Positions 18,216-27,501 of a stretch of DNA of 34,188 bases are shown here, piece after piece; within the stretch, counting starts at the first letter, position 1; every line of letters begins with the position of its first letter. The DNA comes from a virus (taxonomy: Duplodnaviria > Caudoviricetes). Location of the stretch: IMG/VR virus record IMGVR_UViG_3300014656_000083, positions 1-34,188 of that record. The stretch is one strand, 5' to 3'. A program made the translations under genes and the position numbers. The notes beneath the pieces are model-generated. The model searched no databases and was not told the DNA's origin. It worked only from the letters and a program-made list of their open reading frames with translations.

Positions 18216-18446
18216 ATGGTAACAACCGAAAAGAACATGACAATACTTAGGAGTCTGCCTGATATCCATAAGGAGATTGCCCAAGCTATGAGGCAATTTA
18301 GGCAGATTGTTGAATCCAAAAACGATGGAGCTTTGCCTAGCCAACAGGACAAGCGAGTGCTAGAGCTTACAGAATTATGGCTAGAGCTTCAGAAAGAGGA
18401 GGCTATGGGTATTCCACAAGTGTTAGATATTGCTGAAGAAATCTAA
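18216..18446 (+). CDS. Hypothetical protein
   Basis: RBS aggaggt. Confidence 0.65.
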   Translation: MVTTEKNMTILRSLPDIHKEIAQAMRQFRQIVESKNDGALPSQQDKRVLELTELWLELQKEEAMGIPQVLDIAEEI

Positions 18447-18460
18447 AGGAGGATTTAACC

Positions 18461-18592
18461 ATGCCTGGAAGAGATGGAACTGGACCACCGCAAGGGGCTG
18501 GTGGACCTCGGGATGGCCGAGGTGGTGGAGGCGGCCGCGCCCCAGGACAGGGCGCAGGCCCGAAGACCGGCGGTAAAAAGGGGAGGTGCTAA
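18461..18592 (+). CDS. 43-aa Gly-rich peptide (copy C, same protein as B)
   Basis: 18445..18608 is nearly identical to 16883..17047. Confidence 0.8.
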   Translation: MPGRDGTGPPQGAGGPRDGRGGGGGRAPGQGAGPKTGGKKGRC

Positions 18593-18614
18593 AGTGAATC
18601 CCCATAGGTAACAC

Positions 18615-18644
18615 TTGACAAAACAACTTATTTAGTGATAGCAT
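18615..18644 (+). promoter_or_regulatory. Capsid-operon promoter
   Basis: TTGACA-18-TAGCAT with TG. Confidence 0.6.
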
Positions 18645-18650
18645 ATTTTT

Positions 18651-18795
18651 GAGCCCTCGAAGTCTGGTAATATCGAGGGCTCTTTATATTTACCAGATTC
18701 CGAGGAGCAATTTAAGGGGGAGCAACCCCGGATAAAGGGGTTAAGGCTCCCCCTTTCCTTTTGTTCGGGTTGCTCAGCCCTCTTGAAAGGGGGTA
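18651..18795 (+). promoter_or_regulatory. Structured leader or attenuator
   Basis: Several 9-10-bp mutually exclusive stems. Confidence 0.6.
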
Positions 18796-18801
18796 AGGCT
18801 T

Positions 18802-18885
18802 ATGGCCGGCAAAGCAAAAAAGAAGGGCACTTGCCTCAGATGGTCGAAGGGGCGCAAGCGCTGTCTCAAGCGTGCCAAGAGGTAA
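18802..18885 (+). CDS. 27-aa basic peptide
   Basis: MAGKAKKKGTCLRWSKGRKRCLKRAKR; RBS aaagggggt. Confidence 0.7.
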   Translation: MAGKAKKKGTCLRWSKGRKRCLKRAKR

Positions 18886-18916
18886 AAATCTATCAATCGA
18901 GGAGGTATTAAAGAAG

Positions 18917-19024
18917 ATGAAGGCTTGTATAGTAGTAAACACAAAGAGGGGGCGGCGGTGTAAGTGCGGCAACAAGTTTGCCAAGAATAGCCGCTGTGGG
19001 CTCCCCTCTAAAAAAGGGAGGTAA
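18917..19024 (+). CDS. 35-aa basic Cys-rich peptide
   Basis: MKACIVVNTKRGRRCKCGNKFAKNSRCGLPSKKGR; RBS aggaggt. Confidence 0.7.
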   Translation: MKACIVVNTKRGRRCKCGNKFAKNSRCGLPSKKGR

Positions 19025-19027
19025 CCC

Positions 19028-19516
19028 ATGAGTGAGGAAAATGCAGTAGTTGCAAAGGATTCTGGGGTCACATCGATTGCAAACAAGGTAAGGGATATCC
19101 AGATCCTCGGCATTCCCTTCGGGGAAGCTGTCGTAGGATTCGGGTCGGCCCTGGTGGTGTCCGAGCTGACCGATGGCCTCATAACGCCAAAACTGCCAAC
19201 AAACGTACCCGCGGTCGCGATAAAGGTAGGGGAAGCCTACGCCATGAGCCGCTGGGGGCACAAGATTATAGGAAATGGCGGCGCGAGGATGGCAACTGTG
19301 GTCCTGGGCTATGACGCTCTGAGGACAGTCATTCCTTTGGATGACTGGATCAGGAACGCTATAGCCAAGATAACAGGTATGCTTCCTCTAACTAGCACCG
19401 CGCCCAACTATCAAACTACCACAGCACCCGCGAGCTCAGGCGGGAGTGGAGGAGGCAGTCAGGACGCCATGAGCATACTGAACATGGCATTAGTAGCATC
19501 GGGAGGTGATGCATGA
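19028..19516 (+). CDS. Hydrophobic helical protein coupled to the capsid gene
   Basis: Gly/Ala-rich helices; ATGA overlap. Confidence 0.8.
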   Translation: MSEENAVVAKDSGVTSIANKVRDIQILGIPFGEAVVGFGSALVVSELTDGLITPKLPTNVPAVAIKVGEAYAMSRWGHKIIGNGGARMATVVLGYDALRTVIPLDDWIRNAIAKITGMLPLTSTAPNYQTTTAPASSGGSGGGSQDAMSILNMALVASGGDA

Positions 19517-20475
19517 CCACGAAACGGACACCATTAGTTGAAACTCTGGACTATGCGGCAAACGCAACGAGGAGCCTGGCGCTGGAGCGGGTAGGTATAA
19601 TCACCGACCTGGAGCTCCGGTTAAAGTTCCAATACGACGTATCAACGTCTAATACCCCAACACAGGACCAGTTAGCTAGGATCGTCAAGGGTTTGGCCGT
19701 TAAAGACGGACAGGGGCGTACATGGTGGTGTTGCGGCGACGGCCGACAACTTCACTGGCTCAATTATCTCCAGTTTGGCGGTCAGGTGAGGATGGACACC
19801 CTCGAAACTGGGGACGACACTGACTACATTGCCGAGGCGCTGTGGCATATCCACTTCGGGGTCAACCCGAAAAATCCATTCGACCCGTCGGCGGGGATCC
19901 CGGCAGCGGAGCTGGGTCAGCTCGCCCTGGAGATCACCTGGGGAGCGGCAACTGACTTTGCTGCAAGTGGTGTTAGCATTGACTCGGGCACCGTGTATGT
20001 AACGCCCTCCACGATACTCGCTGGGCCGCAATACAGCGCAGTGCGGAAAAACATGCTACTGCCTAATGTCAGGTGGGAGAGGTACGACATCGCCTCTGCT
20101 CTCGGTAACCTCGGCGTAACTCGTGAGCTACCCGCGGGCACGCTGCTCAGAAAGACTCTGGTAATGGTCGTTGACAGCGATGACACCCGCATGGTTACTC
20201 CTACCGATGAGGACGTTACCGAGGTAGGCTACATCAAGGCGCTGGAGAATACCATCCCCTATAAGGCGAACTGGATCGCTCTGGAGGGTGATATGCAGTC
20301 GCGCTTGGGCCTGGCGGCAAAGCCCGTCGGCGTGGCGATGATCAACTGGGGTAGTATCGTCGGTGGCCCGGCCATGGATCTCAGGGGGCGACTACCTGGA
20401 AATGATCTAATCGGCTTCACCACAATAGATACCGGCGGACATATCTGGCTCTTGCACCTGGCTTATTCGATGTAA
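19513..20475 (+). CDS. Probable double jelly-roll major capsid protein
   Basis: 320 aa, beta-rich, with two similar halves (LERVGIITDLELRL / LPAGTLLRKTLVMV) and IPA..L..L.LEITWG, recalling the STIV-type MCP. Confidence 0.75.
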   Translation: MTTKRTPLVETLDYAANATRSLALERVGIITDLELRLKFQYDVSTSNTPTQDQLARIVKGLAVKDGQGRTWWCCGDGRQLHWLNYLQFGGQVRMDTLETGDDTDYIAEALWHIHFGVNPKNPFDPSAGIPAAELGQLALEITWGAATDFAASGVSIDSGTVYVTPSTILAGPQYSAVRKNMLLPNVRWERYDIASALGNLGVTRELPAGTLLRKTLVMVVDSDDTRMVTPTDEDVTEVGYIKALENTIPYKANWIALEGDMQSRLGLAAKPVGVAMINWGSIVGGPAMDLRGRLPGNDLIGFTTIDTGGHIWLLHLAYSM

Positions 20476-20486
20476 GGGGGGAACGC

Positions 20487-20897
20487 ATGAGAGGGCAAAC
20501 TGGGTATGCTCCTCCCTGTGCTGGGGTGAACCTCATACTTGAACCGCCCCAGGAGGTGGCATGGGCAAAAGCGTCGTTTCACGTCATTGATGGATGGGCT
20601 ACTGTCGCACTCAAGGTTAATGGCGTTACTACCGTTGCTGAGCAAGATATAAGCGATCTTCATGGGCAAGATGTCGTCATTGAGGGGAGGATATCACCAG
20701 AGTTTGCAACCTCTATTCTGGTTGGTGTTTACCCCATAAATGCCAACATAAGCAACATCAACGTCGAATACTCTGACGCGGAACAGTCCCCAGCTGGCGG
20801 CTTCAGTCTCGACCGTATAATACAGTGGATCAAGGATAACCCTATCTTGGCGGCAGGGATAGGCATCGGTGGGTATCTGCTAGTGAAAAAGAGGTGA
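20487..20897 (+). CDS. Virion protein with C-terminal TM
   Basis: WIKDNPILAAGIGIGGYLLVKKR. Confidence 0.75.
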   Translation: MRGQTGYAPPCAGVNLILEPPQEVAWAKASFHVIDGWATVALKVNGVTTVAEQDISDLHGQDVVIEGRISPEFATSILVGVYPINANISNINVEYSDAEQSPAGGFSLDRIIQWIKDNPILAAGIGIGGYLLVKKR

Positions 20898-20901
20898 TCC
20901 A

Positions 20902-21375
20902 ATGGCTGGGTGGATAACGCTGGCTGAGGGCAAATCTACGGATGAGTTTCGGACGCCGAAAACATCAATATCTGAGCTGCCCGATGGGACACCGATTAAG
21001 TGCACCATTGAGACGCCTTGGTATCTACCAATCGCTCCCCTGTTCGACCTATTAGGCGCTGAGACAGGGTGGGCAGCTCAAAAGATACGCGATGAGGCTG
21101 GAGCTAGGATTATAGATGTCGAGGGTGTTGGGTGGCATAAGATTATCTTCCACATGGAGCCAGCAACACCAGCCTTCGTGGTCCCTCTCATCATCGCAAT
21201 CGCCGTGATAGTGACCAGCGTTTGTATTGCTATTGTCGCAATTAAACTTGAGGCTTTTGTGGAGGCAGCCGGACCCGCTTTTTTATGGGGGATCCTGATC
21301 TTAGCAATGGGACTATTGTATTACTTAGTGGTAGGGAGTAAAAAGGGCACAAAAAAGGAGAAGGCTCCGACGTAA
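20902..21375 (+). CDS. Two-TM membrane protein
   Basis: Two hydrophobic helices and a basic tail. Confidence 0.8.
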   Translation: MAGWITLAEGKSTDEFRTPKTSISELPDGTPIKCTIETPWYLPIAPLFDLLGAETGWAAQKIRDEAGARIIDVEGVGWHKIIFHMEPATPAFVVPLIIAIAVIVTSVCIAIVAIKLEAFVEAAGPAFLWGILILAMGLLYYLVVGSKKGTKKEKAPT

Positions 21376-21572
21376 AGGGGGAGAGGAAGTTTGGCTCAAA
21401 ACCGAGTTACTAGAATGATTATGACACCTGTCGCTATGCCAGTTAATAAGCCACAGCAGAAGCAGACGATGGCTGTCCAGGTCTTGCTCATTTCCATGTG
21501 CCACCTCCCGACTTGGTTATAAGGTATAACACGTAAAAAGTCAAGAGAGAGCTCCACCGTAAAGGAGGATAT

Positions 21573-22454
21573 ATGACCAAAAAAACTGAAGAGAAGGGAA
21601 CAGACTGGGGTCTGTGGGGATTGTTAGCTTTGGGGGCGTGGTATTTCTTCGGACGCAAAAGCAACGGGAACGGGAACGGCAACGGTGTAACGCAATTCAG
21701 AGGGCTTGAGGTGGGCTATGAGGGTGTTCCAGGCTCAGCTATAGAGGTTTATCCCGATGACACCTGGGGTGGCACGCTCAGATTTGAGCATAAGGGGGCT
21801 GGCCGGACGGTAAGGGTCGGCATTGGTTTTGCTGTTGGAAGTGGTATTCCCTACATACACAACAACTATTTCACCTATATTCCCGTTGAATTTACGGTTG
21901 TTGATCATGCCGAATGGACGCCATGCACTGTTCCGGTGACGAGATTAGTTGGCTCTTTTGGTGGCGCTAATTACCTGAATCAGAAGCTCGATTGCCATAG
22001 GTTCATCTCTAACACACCTGTACCTGCCGGTGGGGTGGCGTCCGATGACTACGGCCTCAACGATTGGGATGATGATGTCTATATCGTGAGGGAGCGAATA
22101 GGCGCTACCACCTTCCGAGAGCTATCGGTAGAATACCTAGGGCCAGCAGGACCACTGACAACCTGGAGCTTCCCCGGTTCCGGCGTCTTTGAGCGAAGTC
22201 TCCCAGGCACATTTGTAGGAGCGGTGATATTGAATAACCTTGTCAACGTCCCATCACAAGTAAGTGTTGTTTGGGGACTCGATGATGCGGGGAAGTGGAT
22301 ATCTTGGAATCGTGCAAGCGGGGCAGGAGCCCTACAATCACTGGTCGCTGGTAAGGTTTACTCTGTAACTACCACCGGCGCCTGTGAGTGGGTAATCCCG
22401 ACGCCATCCGGAGTCCTTAGCGAGGTAAGAGACCTGGTTAATTCTTATTTATGA
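21573..22454 (+). CDS. Membrane-anchored beta-rich structural protein
   Basis: N-terminal TM plus NGNGNG linker. Confidence 0.8.
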   Translation: MTKKTEEKGTDWGLWGLLALGAWYFFGRKSNGNGNGNGVTQFRGLEVGYEGVPGSAIEVYPDDTWGGTLRFEHKGAGRTVRVGIGFAVGSGIPYIHNNYFTYIPVEFTVVDHAEWTPCTVPVTRLVGSFGGANYLNQKLDCHRFISNTPVPAGGVASDDYGLNDWDDDVYIVRERIGATTFRELSVEYLGPAGPLTTWSFPGSGVFERSLPGTFVGAVILNNLVNVPSQVSVVWGLDDAGKWISWNRASGAGALQSLVAGKVYSVTTTGACEWVIPTPSGVLSEVRDLVNSYL

Positions 22455-22465
22455 GGAGGTAGATC

Positions 22466-23413
22466 ATGTGCCCAGTACAGTATCATACTCATTCAGGAGG
22501 GGACTCGGGGCCGATACTCGAAATAATGGCCAGGCATATCGGCCTGGGAACTGGTGTAGTTTACTATGTCTGGAATCAGGGATCGGATGATGAGGGTGGC
22601 CTTGACCCTGACAATCCATTGGCTACTATTCAAGCGGCTATCGACAAATGCCGGGCTAACAAAAACGATTATATTTATGTTCTCGATCACTGGGCTGAGG
22701 CGAATCTGCCGATCGAAGTTAATAAGGAGCACGTTCACATCATAGCGGTGGGGACGGAAGGGCTAAGGACAGTCCTCACAGCCGGGGATACCGACGCCTG
22801 TATCTTCGACATTTCTGGCTCTGGCTTGTATGCCGAGATCGCCGGGTTTAACCTGGGGGGGGGTAACTCGAAGCCGTGCATCGGGCTGAATGTGAGTTGT
22901 GGTGTATGGATACATCACAACCGGCTCGGACACCCCTACGGCGCTGATACGCCGCTTTATGGCATCGGCGACACCGGGGCAGGGAATAACACCGAGTCGC
23001 TAATCGAGGACAATATATTCTACGGCGACAATATAGGTGGCGGAACGATAACCAGTAACGGTATCTGCCTTGAGAAAGGTGCCACCGCTTCAAAGTGGGA
23101 TAGGTCGATCATCCGCCGCAACACATTCCTGGGATTAGTGGGGGCTACCCGGGCAGGGGCGATCCTGTTGGACGGGGCAACGGGTGTCAACATCCTGGAT
23201 AATAAATTCCACGTTCCCGATACCGCCCATGGGGACGCCATTAACCTGATCGATGTTTGTAATGGTTGCCTGATAGATGGTAACCGGGCAGCTCACGGAA
23301 GATCAACTATTGAGAACACATACAACCCCTTCCGTGATCTTAACACTGTCGATCGCAATGCATGGGGCGATAACCGCTACAATGGCGTTCAAAGAGATCC
23401 AATAGCAACGTAA
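22466..23413 (+). CDS. Right-handed beta-helix protein 1
   Basis: PLATIQAAIDKC cap; I..N.F repeats. Confidence 0.85.
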   Translation: MCPVQYHTHSGGDSGPILEIMARHIGLGTGVVYYVWNQGSDDEGGLDPDNPLATIQAAIDKCRANKNDYIYVLDHWAEANLPIEVNKEHVHIIAVGTEGLRTVLTAGDTDACIFDISGSGLYAEIAGFNLGGGNSKPCIGLNVSCGVWIHHNRLGHPYGADTPLYGIGDTGAGNNTESLIEDNIFYGDNIGGGTITSNGICLEKGATASKWDRSIIRRNTFLGLVGATRAGAILLDGATGVNILDNKFHVPDTAHGDAINLIDVCNGCLIDGNRAAHGRSTIENTYNPFRDLNTVDRNAWGDNRYNGVQRDPIAT

Positions 23414-23437
23414 AATCAGGCTAAGGAGGACAAAACA

Positions 23438-24340
23438 ATGCTTGGAAGAAATTACCCCGTTTTGGAGCTGCTAAGGCAGAGGCCAGCCGGAGTCGGCAAA
23501 GTGTTCTTTGTAGATAGTGGTATCGGGGTCGCTGGCGCGGAAGGCACAGACCCTAACAGTCCTTTGCTGACTATAACTGAGGCTCTTGACCGCTGTAAAG
23601 CTAGCAAAGGCGATGTGATCATTATACTACAAAATTCGCCTTCGTCTCCGCCGGCCACCGAGACATTCCCTGTCGTAGTAAACAAGGCAGGGGTGCTTAT
23701 AGCTGGATTGTATAGTAGAGGGTTACTAAGCGATTCAGGATTTGGCGCTGATGCTGATGTGGCCACTCTTGAGATAGCAGCCAATTATGTCACAATAGAG
23801 GGGCTGTATCTGGGTTGCCAAGCTGGAGGGAGAGCTGGCGGGATCGTGGAGTTTAATGGCACAAATAGTTACTTCGGAGTAACTTTCAGGAATTGCGTAT
23901 TTGATACGCAGTATATAGCTACGCACGGCATCCTGGCTAATTACGATCAGCCGTACTTGTTAGTGGAGGATTGCAGGTTTGGGAGGCAAGACATAGCTGG
24001 CTATTCAACTGCTGTTATCCATATAGCCAATGGGACTTGTGTAGAGATAAAACGCAACAGGTTCTTGGGCATCACCGGTATAGCTGTAAATTTAGCGACC
24101 ACCTGTGGCATGGTCTCTGTACTTGACAACCTTTTCTGCACTAAGGATGCTCGTGTTGGTGAGGCGATAACAGTCGGTGCAGGTGCAACGAATAATGTAT
24201 TTGTCGATAACAAGGCCATAAATGGTATGCTGAATGCGGGGTATACCTACAACCCATTCCGTGATTTGGCAGGCAACACAGCCAACCATTGGGGCTTAAA
24301 CTATCGCGGTAACGAGGTCATCGAGCCAATCGGAGCGTAA
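23438..24340 (+). CDS. Right-handed beta-helix protein 2
   Basis: PLLTITEALDRC; YNPFRDL. Confidence 0.85.
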   Translation: MLGRNYPVLELLRQRPAGVGKVFFVDSGIGVAGAEGTDPNSPLLTITEALDRCKASKGDVIIILQNSPSSPPATETFPVVVNKAGVLIAGLYSRGLLSDSGFGADADVATLEIAANYVTIEGLYLGCQAGGRAGGIVEFNGTNSYFGVTFRNCVFDTQYIATHGILANYDQPYLLVEDCRFGRQDIAGYSTAVIHIANGTCVEIKRNRFLGITGIAVNLATTCGMVSVLDNLFCTKDARVGEAITVGAGATNNVFVDNKAINGMLNAGYTYNPFRDLAGNTANHWGLNYRGNEVIEPIGA

Positions 24341-24368
24341 ATCAAAAGAAAAGGGAGGTACAATTAAA

Positions 24369-25298
24369 ATGTTTGAATCTATAGGCAGTCCGATATGTAT
24401 GCCAACTGACCCTTCAAGGGGTATAGCGCCTGGTGGTGGAAAGACGTTTTACGTTAGTGGTTTGGATGCAGATGACAGTTCAGATGACTACGAGGGCACT
24501 GACCCGCAGTATCCGTTAGCTACTCTTGCTGCGGCGATAGCGAAGTGCACTCAACGAAAGCACGATTACATTTTCGTGCAAGATATCTATCAGGGCGATA
24601 CTGCCCCGGTCTTGATCAACGTCAGAAATATGCACATCATAGCCCTTACGGAAGGCAACCAGCTTGGAGGGCGCGGTGTATTCGACGGGCAAGCGGTAGA
24701 CGCCTGTTTCAAGACCTACGGCACCGGCGGCAGCCTGGAGCTTGCGGGTTTTAGGCTCGGTTCTCTCGGCGAAGCGTGTATTGAGATAGCGGAGACTTCG
24801 TGGTATAACCATATTCACCATTGCGCCTTTGGGCACTTCCTCCCAGCGCAGGACGGCATTCTCGCAGAAGGCAATATAGCTATGCAGAGTTGGATAATCG
24901 ATCACAACTTCTTCTCGGAGTCTTTAACTCGGGACGGCATCCGTGTTGGGACTGGCCTGTGGTCGTTTATCAACCACAACTTCTTCTTCGTCAAGGCTGG
25001 TATAGGTATCAATATCGACCCCCTCAATACTGCTGGTGTCGGTGGGAGCACCCCGCTTGGAGGCATCCTCGGGAACACGTTTATGGCTCTTATTGGTGAC
25101 ACTCCAGCCGAGGGGTGGGCGATAACCATCTCCACTACGCAGGCGTTGGTTGCTGGGAACAAGGCAGCTACGAACGGGCAAACTGGAACTAACAACCCAT
25201 ACCTTGATGGGTCCTCAAATGGAGTCGCAACATTACTAAACGGGTGGGCTGATAATTTCGACGGCCCAGCTTTAAGTGCAGCACCGGCTACAGCATAG
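24369..25298 (+). CDS. Right-handed beta-helix protein 3
   Basis: PLATLAAAIAKC; NNPYLD. Confidence 0.85.
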   Translation: MFESIGSPICMPTDPSRGIAPGGGKTFYVSGLDADDSSDDYEGTDPQYPLATLAAAIAKCTQRKHDYIFVQDIYQGDTAPVLINVRNMHIIALTEGNQLGGRGVFDGQAVDACFKTYGTGGSLELAGFRLGSLGEACIEIAETSWYNHIHHCAFGHFLPAQDGILAEGNIAMQSWIIDHNFFSESLTRDGIRVGTGLWSFINHNFFFVKAGIGINIDPLNTAGVGGSTPLGGILGNTFMALIGDTPAEGWAITISTTQALVAGNKAATNGQTGTNNPYLDGSSNGVATLLNGWADNFDGPALSAAPATA

Positions 25299-25309
25299 GA
25301 GGGAGTCGA

Positions 25310-25609
25310 ATGCCGATTTACGAATATCGATGTCCGGAGTGTGGGCATGAGCAACAAGCGATACTCCCTTTCAGCTCAATAGACCTTCTCCAGATATGCG
25401 CTGATTGTGGCCGTGAGACTAATCGCAAGATATCACTCCCTCAGCCGGCGATAATTGTGGCGACTGGTAGGGAGCGAGTGTTAGGGACACTTAATCAAGA
25501 GGCAGGCGCTCCGGACTTCCCGGGCGGCGATATGCACCGCCCACGATATGAGGCTGCAATGGCGAAAGGTCTTGATCAACGCCGGCCAGTAGTAGGTTGC
25601 GGAATCTAA
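25310..25609 (+). CDS. FmdB-family Zn ribbon protein
   Basis: MPIYEYRCPECG...CADCG. Confidence 0.85.
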   Translation: MPIYEYRCPECGHEQQAILPFSSIDLLQICADCGRETNRKISLPQPAIIVATGRERVLGTLNQEAGAPDFPGGDMHRPRYEAAMAKGLDQRRPVVGCGI

Positions 25610-25620
25610 AGGGGTGATCT

Positions 25621-26190
25621 ATGACTAATGAAGAGCGGGCGCTGATAGCTCAGCAGACGGCAGCATTGGAGAGGCTGAACGGCGATCTCGCTTGGTTTAG
25701 CACCCGGCAGGATTACTCTACCATTCTCCTTTTGAGGATAGTCCTGGCGCTGGGCGTCGAGCCTCCCGAGGCGGTCAAGTCCTTCCTGGATTTGATCCCC
25801 GGGGTTGAGGCGTTGCCTGCCATAGCGGTCCCTTTGGGTATGCCTGTATCTAAGCTCGACCGGGTGGCCACAGCAGAGACGACCTACGTTGACGTAGTGG
25901 AGTGGGAAGTAACGGCCGGGCACACCGGCGAGCTCTCCGAGATTTGGATGGCCACCACAGATTATGATAAATCCATGTTCCGGCTGGTGATTTCTGGCGT
26001 GAAGCAGTGGGAAGACAAGTACCTCCTTGCGGCCTTTACCCAGCGATTCAAGGGCAACAAGCTCAGAGAGAAAACTAAAGTGCTACTCCAGGTCAAGTCC
26101 TCAGACGGTAGCGGCCTCACAGTCTATGGATCTATAGCCGGCAAGTTAATCCTGCCTCCCATTAAACTAGCACAGCCGGAAGGGGGGTAG
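25621..26190 (+). CDS. Minor structural protein, possible single jelly roll
   Basis: Helical N-terminus, beta-rich C-terminus. Confidence 0.65.
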   Translation: MTNEERALIAQQTAALERLNGDLAWFSTRQDYSTILLLRIVLALGVEPPEAVKSFLDLIPGVEALPAIAVPLGMPVSKLDRVATAETTYVDVVEWEVTAGHTGELSEIWMATTDYDKSMFRLVISGVKQWEDKYLLAAFTQRFKGNKLREKTKVLLQVKSSDGSGLTVYGSIAGKLILPPIKLAQPEGG

Positions 26191-26192
26191 TC

Positions 26193-27296
26193 TTGACTTT
26201 GCCGCGCTCTCCAGCCGAATACTACAGACAGGTGGGCGACAAGCTGAGCTGGTTCGAGCGGCTTATCGATGATTCTACGAGCTTCGACGAGCGCCAGAAT
26301 ATAACCAACCTCCTCTTGATGGAGATCCTCAAAGAGTCCTCACAGAAAGGCGATCTCACAACCCATCCCACGATCCCCTACATTAAAGGCGTGGTCAAAG
26401 AATTTGACCTGACGACCGCGCGCCTGGACCCGGGGGAGCCATTCGATGCTGTCGGATATGGGATCACCGCTATAACTGACGGGTCCCTGGACGGCATTAT
26501 CGTAAGGATCAACAATCAGGGAAGCGATCCAATAACACTTGCAGAGGTCAACCCTTTTCCATATCCCCCGGGCTTCACGCAGCTATTCCTTGAGAATACA
26601 GCCCAAGCAGGTAAATACCTTAAACTCTATATCGGCAGCCCTAACGCTATCGCCAGCATTGAGCTGACCAGCGTTACATTCGCCATTGACCTAGTGGCGC
26701 AGACGCTCGGGAACCTGTCGATCGACATCGCCGCGCAAAGTATAGAGAATATCGACATTAATATAAATACCGCTGCAATAATGATGCCGGTAGACATCCA
26801 GTGCGTCTATGTAATGATGCCGGTGGATATCCAGGGGCAGTACGTGACTCTCGATATCAATATCAAAGCTCAGGATGTCACAATCAATATGGATATCGAG
26901 GCTCAGAGTGTGGGTATCTACCTACAACCTGAGTGGGCGGCACTTCAGGGGACCGATAAAAATTTTGAGTCAGGTTGGACTAACCTGGCATTCGGTGAAT
27001 ACGCATATGTTACATATTCAGTGCCAGAGGGCAAAACTTTTTATATCTGCGGTATATCGGGGGGCCTTAGACCTAGTGCTGCTGGGAACGCTGAGAAGAT
27101 GTTATTTGGAACTTTGGACGTTTATGACACTGGATCTGGCCTTTTCGCTCCACATATAGGAATATTAGGTGGTGGTAGTATCGTACTAAGTAAGCCAAAG
27201 GTTGTTGCTGCCACCAAGGTCGTGCAGTTCAGTCTTACAAGCTACGCTGCTGATACTGTTGTAGGTAATGTTACAGGGTGGGGTTATGAGCTATGA
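26193..27296 (+). CDS. Penton/spike-like protein with repeat shaft
   Basis: Beta domain, ~11-12-aa IDIxAQ/MMPVDIQ repeats, C-terminal head. Confidence 0.65.
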   Translation: MTLPRSPAEYYRQVGDKLSWFERLIDDSTSFDERQNITNLLLMEILKESSQKGDLTTHPTIPYIKGVVKEFDLTTARLDPGEPFDAVGYGITAITDGSLDGIIVRINNQGSDPITLAEVNPFPYPPGFTQLFLENTAQAGKYLKLYIGSPNAIASIELTSVTFAIDLVAQTLGNLSIDIAAQSIENIDININTAAIMMPVDIQCVYVMMPVDIQGQYVTLDINIKAQDVTINMDIEAQSVGIYLQPEWAALQGTDKNFESGWTNLAFGEYAYVTYSVPEGKTFYICGISGGLRPSAAGNAEKMLFGTLDVYDTGSGLFAPHIGILGGGSIVLSKPKVVAATKVVQFSLTSYAADTVVGNVTGWGYEL

Positions 27297-27481
27297 CTAA
27301 TGGGCGGGATAAGCTAAGGACCGGGGATTTTAATGACATGAAGCAAGATCCTTTGCCTGATGGGTCGATGATCGTCACCCTGACTAGCCGGAAGTGGGAA
27401 GGGAGCGAGAGGTTTAGGGTGCGCGACCTCTATGGTAAAAATGAGGAGCTCCTGGATATCGAAACGGGGGAGCCCCTGTAG
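27293..27481 (+). CDS. Small hypothetical protein
   Basis: ATGA-coupled to the upstream gene. Confidence 0.65.
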   Translation: MTNGRDKLRTGDFNDMKQDPLPDGSMIVTLTSRKWEGSERFRVRDLYGKNEELLDIETGEPL

Positions 27482-27501
27482 AAAAGAGGAGGTTAGTGAC
27501 A

